A stretch of DNA of 64,000 nucleotides from contig OZ024740.1 of NCBI GenBank assembly GCA_964016885.1, positions 266,414,001 to 266,478,000 on the forward strand. The letters are read 5' to 3'. Below the pieces are notes generated by a model, which saw nothing but the letters and a program-made list of their open reading frames with translations, made no database searches and was not told where the DNA came from. The stretch comes from Eledone cirrhosa. Lineage: Eukaryota. Within the stretch, counting starts at the first letter, position 1. Every line of letters starts with the position of its first letter. Shown here piece after piece: positions 1 through 14,950 of this stretch. A program made the position numbers and the translations under genes.

Positions 1-1972
<1,972 letters not shown>

Positions 1973-2334
1973 GTACGAATCTCAGAATTTGTCAACTCTT
2001 ATTAATGGTCAGTCCACTTCTACGAAATGTAATGTAAAAATAACATTTTCTTCTTGTCTCCCCAACCTTCGGTTCATTCATCCATATATCTATAATCGCC
2101 CAGAATCCAAATCCTACTTCTTAATTGCTATTCTATAATTCTGTCTGACTGTTCTAAATAATCTTCTCGCTAATTACCCCATACCCCGCTCGCCCGCCCC
2201 CACTCTCCACCATTATTATTTGGACCAATCATAAGTCAACGGCCTATGCAATCACTTCTCCTGGTTGCTTTTCGATATGATGGATGGACTAAGGAATTTC
2301 TGGAGAGTCTGAAGAATCTGGACACTCAAAGACA

Positions 2335-4951
2335 ATGCCAAAGATAATGACAAATTCACCTCATGCTGCCGGACGAAAGGGCAAGGACTCCTCTTTGTTT
2401 CAGCCGCGGATGGCCAACATAACCCCAACCCCATCCCCCTCACCACTCCCTGCGCCCCACCCACCAAACGCAATCCAAAACTTCAGAGTTGGTACCATGA
2501 ATGTAGGCACCTTAAAAGGCCGCTCTAACGAGGTTGTAGAAATGCTTGAATGTAAGGAGGTTGATGTTTGCTGTACCCAAGAGACCAGGTGGAGGAGCGA
2601 GTCTACTAGATTCATTGTGGGTAAAAAACGATGCTATAAGCTTTTCTGGGTGGGAAATGACAATGGGCTGGGTGGGGTAGGAATCATGTTAGACGAAAAA
2701 TGGGTTGATAGGATAATAGACATAAATAGAGTGAATGACAAAATAATTAAAATAAGACTTGTTCTAAATAGAACTACTGTGACAGTATTATGTGCGTACG
2801 CACCCCAATCCGGACTGCCTGGCGCTATAAAAGACAGATTCTATGAGACACTGATGCTCACTACCTCCCAAATAACCGACAGTGACTATATAATTATTGC
2901 TGGCGACCTAAATGGCCACGTTGGTCAACATTGTGACGGCTATGACGGAATCCACGGAGGCTATGGGTTTGGTACTAGAAATGAGGAAGGCTCCAGAATC
3001 CTGGAATTCTGTGACGCAAATAACCTAACTCTCTGTAACACTCACTTCAAAAAACGAGACAATCACTTGATCACCTACAGATCAGGGGAACATACCAGCC
3101 AGGTAGATTATATCCTTACCAGAAGACGTGACAGAGTGTCTGTTGTAAACACTAAATCCCTCACCCATGAAGAATGCACCTCCCAACATAGACTGATAAT
3201 TAGCGACCTCATAGTCAGGACGAAACGTAGTCGACAACAGAAGAGGACTATCCTCAGGAGAAAAATATGGAAGCTAAAAGACCCCACAGCCAGAAATAAA
3301 TTTAAAAGCATATTACTTGATGCTTTCGACAGTAAGGAAGAGCATTTAGAGTCGTACAATATAGAGGAACAGTGGGAATTCCTGAAAGCAAACCTGCAGA
3401 TGGCGGCAGACGAAGTCTGTGGCTGGAGCAGGCCTATAGGCAGGAGGAGAGTAACATGGTGGTGGAACAGTAAGGTGGAGGAGTCAATTAAGGCCAAAAA
3501 GCAGGCTTGGAAAGTATGGCGGGATGGGGGGAAGTAGAGAAGACTATCAAGTGGCCAGGAGGGAAGCTAGGAGACAAGTGTACTTCGCAAAAAGGGAAGC
3601 AGAGGAAAGAAAGTTCAAGCATGTTCTACAACGCGAGGACCAAAAACGTGATGTGTTCAGGATTGCTAGGCAATGTGTCAAGGAAAACCGTGATATTGTC
3701 AGGGAGAAGTGTGTCCTTAATGATGATGATGGTGGTGTACTTGCCATCACTGACGCTGATAAGAAGGTAGCTTGGAAGTGTCACTACGAAAGACTACTAA
3801 ATGAGGAGAATAAATGGGAGAAAGACAGTCTCCCCCACATCGACCCAATAGAAGGACCAGCAGTGTTAGTCGAAGGTAGTATAATAAGTAAGGCAATCAA
3901 AGACATGAAGACGGGTAAGGCGGCTGGGCCTTTGGAAATAGTTGCTGAAATGCTGAAAGCTTCTGGAACGGTGGGACACACCATGGTCACCCGGATAGTA
4001 AACCAAGTCATACAGAATGGGGTTGTTCCGAAGGACTGGCGTAGCAGCAGCATCATTAACTGCTACAAGGGTAAAGGAGACGCCCTAGATAGGAGTAACT
4101 ATAGAAGCATTAAATATATCGACCAGGTCATGAAGGTCACAGAAAAAGTAATAGCGCAACTAATCAGAGAGAGAATTGATCTAGATGAAATGCAGTCCGG
4201 GTTTGTGTCAGGTAAAAGTACCACAGACGCTCTTTTCATTGTACGACAACTACAGGAGAAGTACCTAGCTAAAAGTAAACCCCTGTACTTAGCTTTTGTT
4301 GACTTGGAGAAAGCCTTCGACAGAGTCCCCCGTTCCATTATCTGGTGGGCTCTTAGAAAACTAGATGCTGACGAATGGCTTGTAAGAGCTATACAAGCCA
4401 TGTATAAAGAAACAGTCAGCAAGGTTAGAATTAACAACGAATATAGTGAAGAGTTTAGCGTAAAAGTTGGTGTTCATCAGGGCTTCGTTCTTAGCCCCCT
4501 ACTATTTATTATTGCCCTTCAGGCTATAACAGTGGAGTTCAAGACTGGCTGCCCATGGGAACTCCTATACGCAGATGATCCAACGCTCATAGCTGAATCA
4601 ATGGCCGAACTAGAGAAGAAATTCCAAACATGGAAGCATGGCCTAGAATCAAAAGGCCTTAAAATTAACCTGTCTAAGACTAAAGTTCTAGTTTGTAGGA
4701 AGGAAAATAGGGCGCCGGTCCCATCCGGGAAATGGCCATGCTCAATGTGTAGGAAAGGAGTAGGCAGAAACTCCATTTTATGTCCCAAATGCAAAGTATG
4801 GGTGCATAAAAGATGCAGTGCGATCACAGGTAAGCTAACTAAGAATATAGATTTTATATGTGGCCAGTGCTCAGGTGCAATAAGTAGCAGCAAGTGCCCA
4901 CAGAATACTAGCTCATTCCATTTCACAGATGGTTCTATAGAAATAGTGGAC
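2335..4951 (+). mobile_element. RTE-clade non-LTR retrotransposon: APE endonuclease + RT, frameshifted, own 3' end missing
   Basis: ORF 2335-3537 has APE motifs (GTMNVGTL, TQETRW, YAPQ, GDLNGHVG, QVDYIL, SQHRL). ORF 3524-5080 has RT motifs (FVDLEKAFD, GVHQGFVLSP, LYADD). The frameshift lies at the G-run near 3526-3531. Similarity ends at IEIVD (~4951), before the expected YLG motif. Confidence 0.93.
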
Positions 4952-5253
4952 ATATTGTTCACAGAGAATGGGAGCACCTGGCAGAATACAGAGAGAAATA
5001 GAGAGCAACCATCAAAACAGCTGCAGCCAGCTTTGAGGAGGGCAGGAAGGCGGCAGCTGAAGACAAAAATCAAAGAATAAAGCTGTCTGCCACCCAACCA
5101 CCAACTGACCAAGTACATATTTGCCCCAACTGTACCAGAGCCTGCAGGTCTAGGATTGACCTCTACAACCACCTCAGGGTGTGCCGCCACATAGAACAGG
5201 ACAATTCTTCCCACTGATCTTTGCAAGCAAAGAATTCACCATTCATTCATTCA
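4952..5253 (+). mobile_element. 3' fragment of a second RTE/BovB-like LINE with C-terminal zinc finger and (CATT)n tail
   Basis: An alternative frame reads REWEHLAEYREK*RATIKTAAASFEEGRK...HICPNCTRACRSRIDLYNHLRVC, matching the CPxCxRxxRSRIGLxSHxR terminus of RTE/BovB-type ORFs. It is followed by cattcattcattca. Confidence 0.75.
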
Positions 5254-7280
5254 CACACATATATATTTATAAATATATATATATATATAAATATATATAT
5301 ATACACACACATATGCACAAAGACATACATATACACACATATTCGCATACATATATATATACTTACATACACATATTTATTTATTTATATATAAATTAAA
5401 TTCTATTCTATACTAGAAAGTCAGACAGTGTAAAAAATGTGCAAAATCAAGCAAGTGGAGAAAATTTGGCACAAAACAATAAATAAAAGCTCGAGTTATT
5501 TTATTTAATTTCTGGTCACATTTACTGGTGGTGGTGATGGATAGTAAAGGTAGTGATGGTGGTGGCTGTGGTGAATGGTGGTGATGATTGTAGTGGTGTT
5601 CGTAGTAGTGGTAACTATGGTGGTGATGGATGGTGGTGGCAGTGATAACTATGGTGGTGATAGTGATGATGAAATGAAGACTATGATGATCATGTATATT
5701 AAAGGTGAATGCTGGTAGATAGAAAAACAGTTTCTAGAATAGTTGAGGGGGTAAAAAGGAAATAAATAAATGAGTAAGGAAGGAAATAAATTATAAAGAA
5801 ACTATGACAGCCATCGCGGTGATAAACAAGATCCCAACTTCCAAAAAACAGTCTAGAAAAAAAAAAAGACTATTACCAATTGTTTTTTTTTTAAACACTT
5901 GGCATGGGGTATACTTTGAGAAAGATTTTACTGCTATTTCTAGAAGGCTAAGTAACCATAAAGGCTTGTTGGCTGAATAGGTTCTCTGGTGTGTACTGGG
6001 GGGGGGGGGGGGGGGGGGGGGTTATTCGCAATCATGATATGGTATTCGAAGCATCACCACCACATCTTTTTTCCTTAGACACTGTTGTGCAATGTATTCT
6101 TCCTTTTTATTATTAGCAAGATGTATTTGAAAAATATTTAAATGTGAGAATCCCAAATGCAGAAAACTGTGATAACAGTTGATTGCTATAGATAATAGCT
6201 GAGAATTACCCTTAGAGATAGAATTAAGTAGACACAGGTACCTCTGTCCACTTTTCTCCATCGCCTTGGGTCTAATGAGTTCCACCTCCCTCGGTAAGCG
6301 AATGAGGTCTGGGGTTTTGTCAATTCGGATCTCAACTATTTTCTATAGTGATCAACTTATTACAGTTATCTTCTGTGTTAAGAACTCTCACATCTACAAA
6401 TTTCAAACACTTTTCCAGCACTTTGATAATTCATAAAGCACAATGTATAATTTGAGAGAAACTTGGCTGCTATCTCTAGCAACTGAAGCAACCACATAGT
6501 GACTATTTCATTGGCTGAAAGGATTCTGTGATGGTGGTGGCAGTAATTACAATCATGATCAGTAATTGAGTATTTATAATATGACATTCCAGCCTTGACC
6601 ATCCCAGCTTTTTTTTCTAGACTATTATGCAATTTTTTTCTTTTTAAAAGATTTAGCTGCTATTTCTAGCAAGTCAAACAACCACATGGAAGTTCTGTGG
6701 TGAAGTCAGTGGTGAAGGTGGGTATCCATGAAAAACTCATACTACTTTTCTTCTCCACTAACACCACTGCTACTATCATCATCATCATGGGCTACACAAC
6801 TACAAACATGCTCCTTATGTATACAACACCTACATGATACTATACCACTTTCTAACAGCTCTCACTCTTGGATACCCTGTGGACATCAAATGAAAGAGGA
6901 AACAGACCTCGTTGCCAAGTGGAGAATCAGTGAGAAATAAAGATAATGATGATGATGATAATGACAACAATGGGGAAGAGAAGTAAAGATGACAACAGTG
7001 ATGATGATGAGGAGGAGGAGGAGGAACACAGCTGTCAATGCTACAAGACTAGAAAATAAATGAAAAATAGTGGTGGAGGTGGTGATGGTATGATTATAGT
7101 ATCATGTTTATAATGATGGTGATAGCAGTGGTGGTGATAGACATCAAGAAGGAACCCAATAGATACATACACACACATAAGCATGTGTGTGTAACGTTGG
7201 CAACACAAACAGCAAATTCAGCCACAGGCCTACTGGACAATATCAAAGAAAGTACCACACCACACTGCAGAGTTAGAAGT

Positions 7281-7550
7281 AGCAAAGAGAAGGTTGTGGG
7301 CCTTACAGCAACCAATAGCTATATATTTCATAGCAATCATCATCATCATTTGAAGTCTATTTTCCTTTACCAGCATGATTGGGCAGGACTTTTTCAAGCA
7401 ATATTCAATAGCCAGCAAAGAGAAGGTTGTGGGCCTTACAGCAACCAACAGCTATATATTTCATAGCAATCATCATGACCATCATCATTTAAGTCTATTT
7501 TTCTACACTAGCATTAGTTGGACATGAATTTTTCAGGCAATATTCTATAG
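7281..7550. repeat. Tandem duplication, 133-bp period
   Basis: agcaaagagaaggttgtgggccttacagcaacca... occurs at 7281 and again at 7414. Confidence 0.85.
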
Positions 7551-8497
7551 ACAGATATCCTTCCTGATACCAATCCATACTTTTTGGTTAGGGTGACACT
7601 CATGACCATATATGGCTGTGAGTTTGATTCCTGACTGTGTTGTAGCTAGTAACAAGTGTTACAAGCTACCTAAACATTGTCAGTGTGAAGACATGCTAAG
7701 AAAAACATGCACTCACATACAAAGGCAATGGGCTTCTGTGTGGTTTCAGTCTACCAGTAACAATAATGATGATAATGATGAAATGCACCCAATACACTCA
7801 GTAAAGTGGTCATGCTGGTGCCACAATAAAGTACACTCTTTAAAATGGTTGGCAATAGGAGAAGCACCGAGTTGTAGAACCCCTGCCAAAAATATGGGAT
7901 ATATGAGCAAGATGTGGTTCTCTGATTCATCTAATCTCAAATCGTTGCAATGTCTCTAATTTGTGCAAACACAAAAAACTGACATAAAATGATAAAGTAT
8001 ATATGATAATAAATAGACAATTAAATACCATATTGTGTGTCTATCTGCATGCAGAGTTGTCAGATCTCAAAAACGTATTTAACAGTCAAATAATTGTAAA
8101 AATTTATCAGATTTGATTTGATATCGTGACACACAAATGTGTTACAATGTACACTTCAAAAACCTATGACCTAGACCAGCTGTGGGCTGCATAGGAGGTG
8201 GTCCATCATTAGGTAGGCTACACTACTAAAAACTTAAGACAGTTTTGAAATTAGGTTTGCCATTCAAAAAGCCAAATGGGTGGCATACAACTCATCTAGA
8301 CAAAAGAATTTATATAGTGATACATATATATTTACAACCGAACACATATCATCCATATAAAATAACGAAAATAGTCTAGGCTACCTATTCAAAATAAACT
8401 GATCAAGAGAAAGTTCTGTAATTTGAGGTTTTTTTAAAATTTCAAATATGAAGTGATATTTGGGGTGGGGTGTGAAAGAGTTATAAAAACAGTAAAT

Positions 8498-8742
8498 TTA
8501 ACCTTTTTGATACCAAACTACCCGAAACATTTCTTGATTCTACAATACAAAAACTGTTTGTTTTAAAGTATTTATATTTATCTAAAAACTTTCCATCAGA
8601 TTTTATCTAAGAACTTCTGTTATGTTTCAAAAACCATTAATAATGAAAAAGTTAGTTACATTACTAAATCCCTCCAAATTCTGGATTATTTTGAAAATCA
8701 TAAGCAACATATCATCAGAAATATCGTAACAAATGAGGTAAG
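8498..8742. mobile_element. piggyBac-like MITE family (TTAA-CCC-type ends); related copies near 17550-17950, 21460-21700, 22540-22830, 40963-41470, 44043-44305
   Basis: Recurrent ttaaccct(t)...termini and a shared internal block (atctaaaaactttccatca...taagaac). Confidence 0.55.
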
Positions 8743-8918
8743 CAATGATTATAAAAAAATATACATTTTGTGATTAATTTTGTAATATGAAAAAACAAAC
8801 AAAAGTAATTAACTTTCAAGATAAACAAGGTTATATCTTAGAAGAAACAGTTAATTGCAACACAGCAATTAAATCTTTCTCAAAGACAATAATATATTTA
8901 CTGTTAAGAAATGAAACT

Positions 8919-9326
8919 ACCATATATACCTGTGTATAAGTTACATTTTTTCTACGAAAATACATGAAAAAGATAAGCCAAGTGCTAGTTTGGCTTATCT
9001 ACTGAACCCAGAAAAAAGCTCAATTCAAAATATATAGTAAATTGTAAGTGTTTTACACTGTAAAGTAGTGGTGTAGGTGTCATGGCAAAAAGCACCCAGC
9101 CCATACTGTAAATGAGATTGGCATTAGGAAGGGCCATAGAAACTAGAACCAGTTCTGTATGAGTAAGACACAATCACCTGATCTGACTTGTCCCACAATG
9201 GGACAGCTCGTTTAACCCATGCTAGTGTGGAAAAACGGACGTTAGATGATGATGATGATGATGATGTATGTAAAATGGAGATGGGGCTTATCTATTGGTG
9301 CAACTTATACATGACCATATACAGTA
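8919..9326. mobile_element. pogo/Tigger-like MITE with nested SINE fragment
   Basis: Imperfect TIRs taccatatatacctgtgtataag / cttatacatgaccatatacagta. A partial copy occurs at ~15940. Confidence 0.5.
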
Positions 9327-9374
9327 AATTTCAATATTGTCATGCCATAACAGACATAAGGTGAATAATAAAAA

Positions 9375-10006
9375 TAATGGTTTCTGATTTAAGCACAAGG
9401 CTAATAATTTTTTGGGGGGGCAGGGAAAGAATTAAATTAACCCCAGTGCATTACTGATACTTTATTGATTCCAGAAGGATGAAAAGCAAAGTTGACATTG
9501 AAATGATTTGAACACAGAACAAAGGGTTAACAATCATTAGAGCACCAGACAAAATATCTCAAAGTCAGGCTGTTAACATTGAGTTCAAGTCCCACCCAAG
9601 ATCAACTTTGCCTTTCATCCTTTCGGGATAGATAAAATGAAATGCCAGTCAAATTGCTGGCCTTGTGCCAAAAGTAGAAACCATTATTATTATTATTAAT
9701 ATAGCAACAACCATGCCTCAGACAACCTTCATTGGCTTTGGTACCACTTATTAAATAAAAAAACAAACAGGATTAATATTTATTAATAAACAAGAGAAAA
9801 TGAAAACAAAATTTTAAAATGGGCAACTAACAAAATTTCACCAAGATTGAATAATAATAATAATAATAATTGTTTCTACTTAAGGCACAAGGCCAGCAAT
9901 TTGGAGGGAGGGGAGAAAGTTGATTAAATCGACCCCAGTGCATTACTGGAACTTTATTTCATCAGTAATGCACTGAGGTCGATTTAATCAACTTTCCCCT
10001 CCCCCC
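9375..10006. mobile_element. Cluster of Nin-domain SINE fragments, both orientations, the last one folded back
   Basis: Core actttgcctttcatcctttcggg...ataaaatgaa (Nin/Deu-like domain) and tail tttct...aggcacaaggc. Confidence 0.7.
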
Positions 10007-10879
10007 ATAATATCAAATGGCTCCAAAATAAATTTTGGGAAATATCCATTTTAACCAAACATTATTAGTTTATCAACCTATATTAATGGTGTTAATTCAG
10101 CAGGTTACTGTGTTTTAAATATTAAAGAAAAAACTCCTAATCAATTAAGATATCTTACCAATATGCAAAAATCCTGGAAAATATAAGGTTTTGGGGTTTT
10201 TTTAAAGAAATATAAATTACATGTTCTGTGACAGGAGAATCAGAGGTGCTCCAGATTGCAAAGCAGTGTGTCGGTGCAAATTAAAATGTTGAGGAAAAAT
10301 GTGTTCGGAATGATATGAACACATGCCATCAGTGTTACCAAGAAGAAAGAGATATAGAAATGATACAAGAGATCACAGGAGAAAATAGTGGGAGATAAGG
10401 TCTACAATAAGTAGAATAGCGAAATAATTGATTGAATTTGATAGCAAAACAGTTGTAAGTGTAATTATGAATGTGAAAAGAAGGTAAGGTAGCTGAAAAT
10501 ATTTGGCAAAGTAAGACCTAGGCTGGACAATTATATGGTCAATCAGAAAGTATGTATAGACCCACAACTCTTGACATATGGCATTTCTAGGATATTTTAA
10601 TACCTGGTGGAGCTCGTCTCTTCTCCAAGTTTGAACTCAGCATATTTCTTCCAGATAAAGATAGAGTGAGAGAAAACAAGTGAGAAAGAGATATAGAGGA
10701 AGAATCAACCTCCAGTACTTGACTGGTACTTTTTTTTTATTGAACTCGAAAGGATGAAAGACAAAGTTGATTTTGGTAGGATTTGAACTCAGAGATCAGA
10801 AAGCTGGAACAAACACTACAGAGCATTCAATCCACAATTCTAATGACTACCAATTCACTGCCTTCAATCAGATAGTACA

Positions 10880-12000
10880 CAGTGTCATATCCAACAACTG
10901 GTTTAGCAGTATCAAGAACAACTGCTACAAAGGCAAAGGAGATGCTCTAGAAAGAAGAAACCCCAGAGACATCAAACTGATAGACCACGTTATGAAAGTA
11001 ACAGAAAGAGCTTTAGTATAACTACAGTTCAGGTTTATGTTTAAAATAGTGTACCCCCAATACTCTCTTACTCTTGAAACAAATAACTACAGAATTCCTT
11101 AGCTAAGATTATGCCACTACATTAACATTCATCAACCTAGTGGTAACATGACACGATAGCATGCTCTGTAATCTGGTAGGTACTAAGAAAATTAAGTGCA
11201 GATGAATGGCTTTCCAAAGCTGTGCAAGCCATGTACAGAAATGTCATCAGCAAGGTGAAAGTTAGACAGGAGTACAGTACAAAATTCAAAGTGCAGATAG
11301 GTGACCAACAAGACTTAGTTTTCAGCTCCTGCATGTTTATTATAGTTCTCCAGGACTAAAATTTAAAACTAGTTGTTTATAAGAACTCTGGTATACAGAT
11401 GAACTAGTTCTCATAGCTTAATCTTTGAAGAAAATAAAAACATGGACGCAAAACTTAAGGTTGAAACACCTCAAAGTAAACCTTAAGAAGAAAAAAAAAA
11501 CTTCTAGTTACAAGGAAATAAGACAGGATTCTACCACAATCAGGGAGGTGCTCATGCTCAATATGCAAAAAAAAAGAAAGAGTAGGCTATACTGTGTACC
11601 AAGTGTAAACTATGCATGCAAAAGAGATGCAAATTGATTACAGGGAGGCTAACGAAGAAGAATAACTTCATATGTAGCAGATGCACAGGAGTAGTTAGCA
11701 ATAACAGCACTCATGAAATTGAATCTTTCAAAATGTTCATAAGGCTCCCTATAAGTAGTTGATAGCTTACATTACTGAAATAACCTAATTAGCAGTGGAG
11801 TGGGGTGTTCTGAAAATATAATAGCCAGAGTAAGAATATTGTGGGAATGTTCAGGAAGTTGTTAACTGTTAGCAACAAAAGGATTGTTTCCAAATGTAGG
11901 ACAAAGCATATGATGCTTGTGTATATTAAGTGCAATGTAACATGGCAGTAAAATATGGGCACTGAATGCAGAGAACATGTGAAGGCTGAAAAATAAATGC
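10880..12000 (+). pseudogene. Highly decayed RTE LINE fragment (same family as 2335-4951)
   Basis: NCYKGKGDALERRNPRDIKLIDHVMKVTE and downstream RT-like remnants with many stops. Confidence 0.8.
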
Positions 12001-12836
12001 ACCAAGCATGCTCTGCTGGCTGTGTAATATTAGTGTGCAGAGATGATCTGAAAGAAAAACTGATAGTATCCCAAACTTTACATTTATTTGCAGTCGGAAA
12101 CAAACATAGTTTTTCCAAAACAAAGCGTAGATAGTCCAATTCATTTAGGCTTTTATTCATGCTAAAAATATGAGTCATGCACATGCACAAATAAATTTTA
12201 ACAGCTTTCTGAGCATGACCTTCCCATTCCTAAAATCGTAACCCTTATCTCTAAGCTAAACATTAAATCCTAAAACCAACCCGAGACCATAAATCCTAAA
12301 CAATAATTCATAACATAAATTACATCATATTTTATTGAATATCACAGCATGCACTTTTGCACATATGCAAAACTCAAAATGAATTGGACCATTTACTATT
12401 TGTTTTGAAAATTTTCTATTTCAGACTGTAATGTTCAGGATTCCCAAAACTGAGTATAATAATCAGATACAGTGTGCATGAGACGAAAATGTGCTGGTGT
12501 ACAGAGAGTGACAGATAAAGAAGTGCCAAGTGATTCAAGTGGAAGAAGGAAACTGCAGAAGATGAACAAGGAAAACATGGAAAAAGTAGTTAAAGGTGAT
12601 CTCAAGAGGTTTAACCTCAGGAATGAGATGACAACGGACAGCAACATGGAGAAACCCTATTCAACAAATAAAAACATGGAAAAGCGCGCATAAAGATGAT
12701 TTTTGTTTAAACTTATATTCAATAAATAACTAAAACAGTCTAATGGGAGACAATTATATTCAGAGTAATCTCCCTTAAGAAACCGTTAAATGTTTTTTTT
12801 TAAATCTCCTTAAATATTTATTCAGAAATAACTGTA

Positions 12837-13129
12837 CTCTCAGGTCCCAAATAATAGGGTGTAGGAAAATCGGTAATTTTTCTAGGTTGTCTCCATTGAT
12901 TTTTTTAAAAATCATAATCAATCGTTTAGTTTACATAGAGACCCCAACCTATCCTATTTATTTTATAACGTACGAGATTTCTAGTAATATACTTTTTTTT
13001 TTGTCATGTATAATGTTTTTTAAAGGCTAAAGAAAATTAACTGATGCAGGAATGTTACCACTCAAAATGAAATTTCGAAGTGAGGCTTTGAAAAATTAAG
13101 TGGGTTGACGATTATTCGAGACCCTAGAG
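12837..13129. mobile_element. Tc1/pogo-like MITE (TA target); second copy at 15277-15617
   Basis: TA|ctctcaggtcccaaataat ... attattcgagaccctagag|TA inverted ends. A near-identical internal sequence occurs at 15277-15617. Confidence 0.75.
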
Positions 13130-13224
13130 TATTTAATAAGTATTGATCCAGAGGTATATATTAAATTACTTACATTAGATAGGAAGAAAGAGAAAATCTA
13201 ACGTTTCAGATGGTTGAAGAATAA

Positions 13225-13621
13225 TGCTTTCTGCTTTAGGCACAAGGTCAACAATTCTGGGAGGAGAAAGTCGATGTTACTTTATTATATCAACCTCCAT
13301 AAGGATGAAAGGGAAAGCTAATATCGACCATAACTATATGCCACAAAGCAGGTTGTCTGATGCTCTAGTGATACTGCTAATCATCCAAAACCCTCAACAA
13401 CTACATAATGGTTTCATTTAGGCACAAGGCCAATAATTTTCAGAGAGGGTCAAGTCAAATCGGCCCCAATGTGTTACTGGTACTTTTTATTTTTAATCGA
13501 CAACTGTAAGAATGAAAGGCAAAGCTAACATAGGAAGGATTTGAACTCAGAACATAAAGGACCATATGCCACAAAGCATGTTGTCCGATGCTCTACTGAT
13601 ACTGCCAATCCACCGCCCTTA
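13225..13621 (-). mobile_element. Two tandem Nin-domain tRNA-derived SINEs
   Basis: Two ttaggcacaagg...gatgaaagg(c)aaag...gatactgc(c)aatcca units. The minus-strand head taagggcggtggattggcag has a B-box gttcaaatcc. Confidence 0.75.
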
Positions 13622-14673
13622 TTGGTTGAAGTAGTGGCATTGATTATAATTAGCTTCTTTAACTCAGCCATGGCTGAAATAAGCTGAGTAGGAGCTAAAC
13701 AATCACAAGTTTACATTTATTATTATAGATTGTTGTAATTTTATAATTTTTTTATAGTTCAGCCAAACAGGGAGGAGCAGTATGCATGACCACATTCAGG
13801 GATTCCAACACTGGTGAGACAATGGTGTCCTCAAAATAGAGATCTTATCTGAATGCCTGCAACGGTGAGAACTAATAAAACACACAATGGCTAGATCCAA
13901 GAAACTGCAGTGACTAATGCATCAATGTTTCAAGTTCAAACTCAACTAGTCAATAATCCCACCACTTCCCTGTTGTTAAAGCTCACACTTATGCTACAAG
14001 CTTGAATCTCATTTAAAGTTTCTTGAGTGTTCTAATGATAGAGGCTCCAGTCCTATCATGTTGCTACTACAGCTCACATCTAAGTAGGATTAGCTGGCCC
14101 CATACAAGATTGCATCTCATAGGAGGTTCCTTGAGTGTTTTAGGGATGGGGGCTGTAGTACTACCAGACACATACACAAACATTTTGTTGTTACAGTTCA
14201 CACCTAAATAGATTTAGTTGGCTTCATACAAGGTTGTATTTCATAGGAGGTTCCTTGGATGGGGACCACAATCCTATCGTGTTTTTGTTATAGTTCTCAT
14301 CTAAGTAGGTTTATCAACCCTATGCAATTGCATCTCTTGGGTGTTTTAATGAATGGGACCCGTCCTATAAAGAAAAGTGATGTGAAATGCTGCCTGGTCC
14401 AGGTATTGAATCCTTGACCTAATGATTGTGAGTACAACTCTAGCCTCTAGCTATTAAAAGTCGCCTACAAAAAGTGACTATGTAATCAAGTCAACCTACA
14501 AGAGTGAGGAATGTAGTTTGAATGGAAAGCAATTCTGAGACTATTCCACTATCTGGTTCCAATTTCAGAGTGCAGTCATTTCACTTCCTTTACCCTGCAA
14601 TTTAGAAAACATGAACATCACAAAATACCAATCATGTTCCACTAAAAAATATGGGCATTTGTACCTCATTGTA

Positions 14674-14950
14674 AAGGCATGTGGCTTAGTGGTTAGAGCG
14701 TTAAGCTCACAATCCTAAGGTTGTGAATTTGAATCCCAGTCCAGTCAGTGCATTGTGTTGTGTTCTTGAGCAAAACACTTTATTCCACATTGTTCCAGTT
14801 CACTCAGCTATAAAAATGAGTGGCGATGGAGGGGAGACTGGTATGTATGGGCAATTGCTGGTCTTCGACAACAACCTTGCCCAGGCTGGTGCCTCAAAGG
14901 GAAACTTTCCAGGTGCAAAACCATGGTCATGTGTGACTGAAGGGGGCCTG
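14674..14950 (+). mobile_element. tRNA-derived SINE, second family (copies also at ~28236, ~29873, ~41826 on + and ~27955, ~28755 on -)
   Basis: A-box tggcttagtgg, B-box-like ttgaatccc, then gttcttgagcaaaacacttt. Confidence 0.75.

Noticed and set aside
10220-10335. Possible intronic snoRNA in SmB
   Set aside because: No canonical RUGAUGA C box with terminal stem and no clear H/ACA double hairpin.
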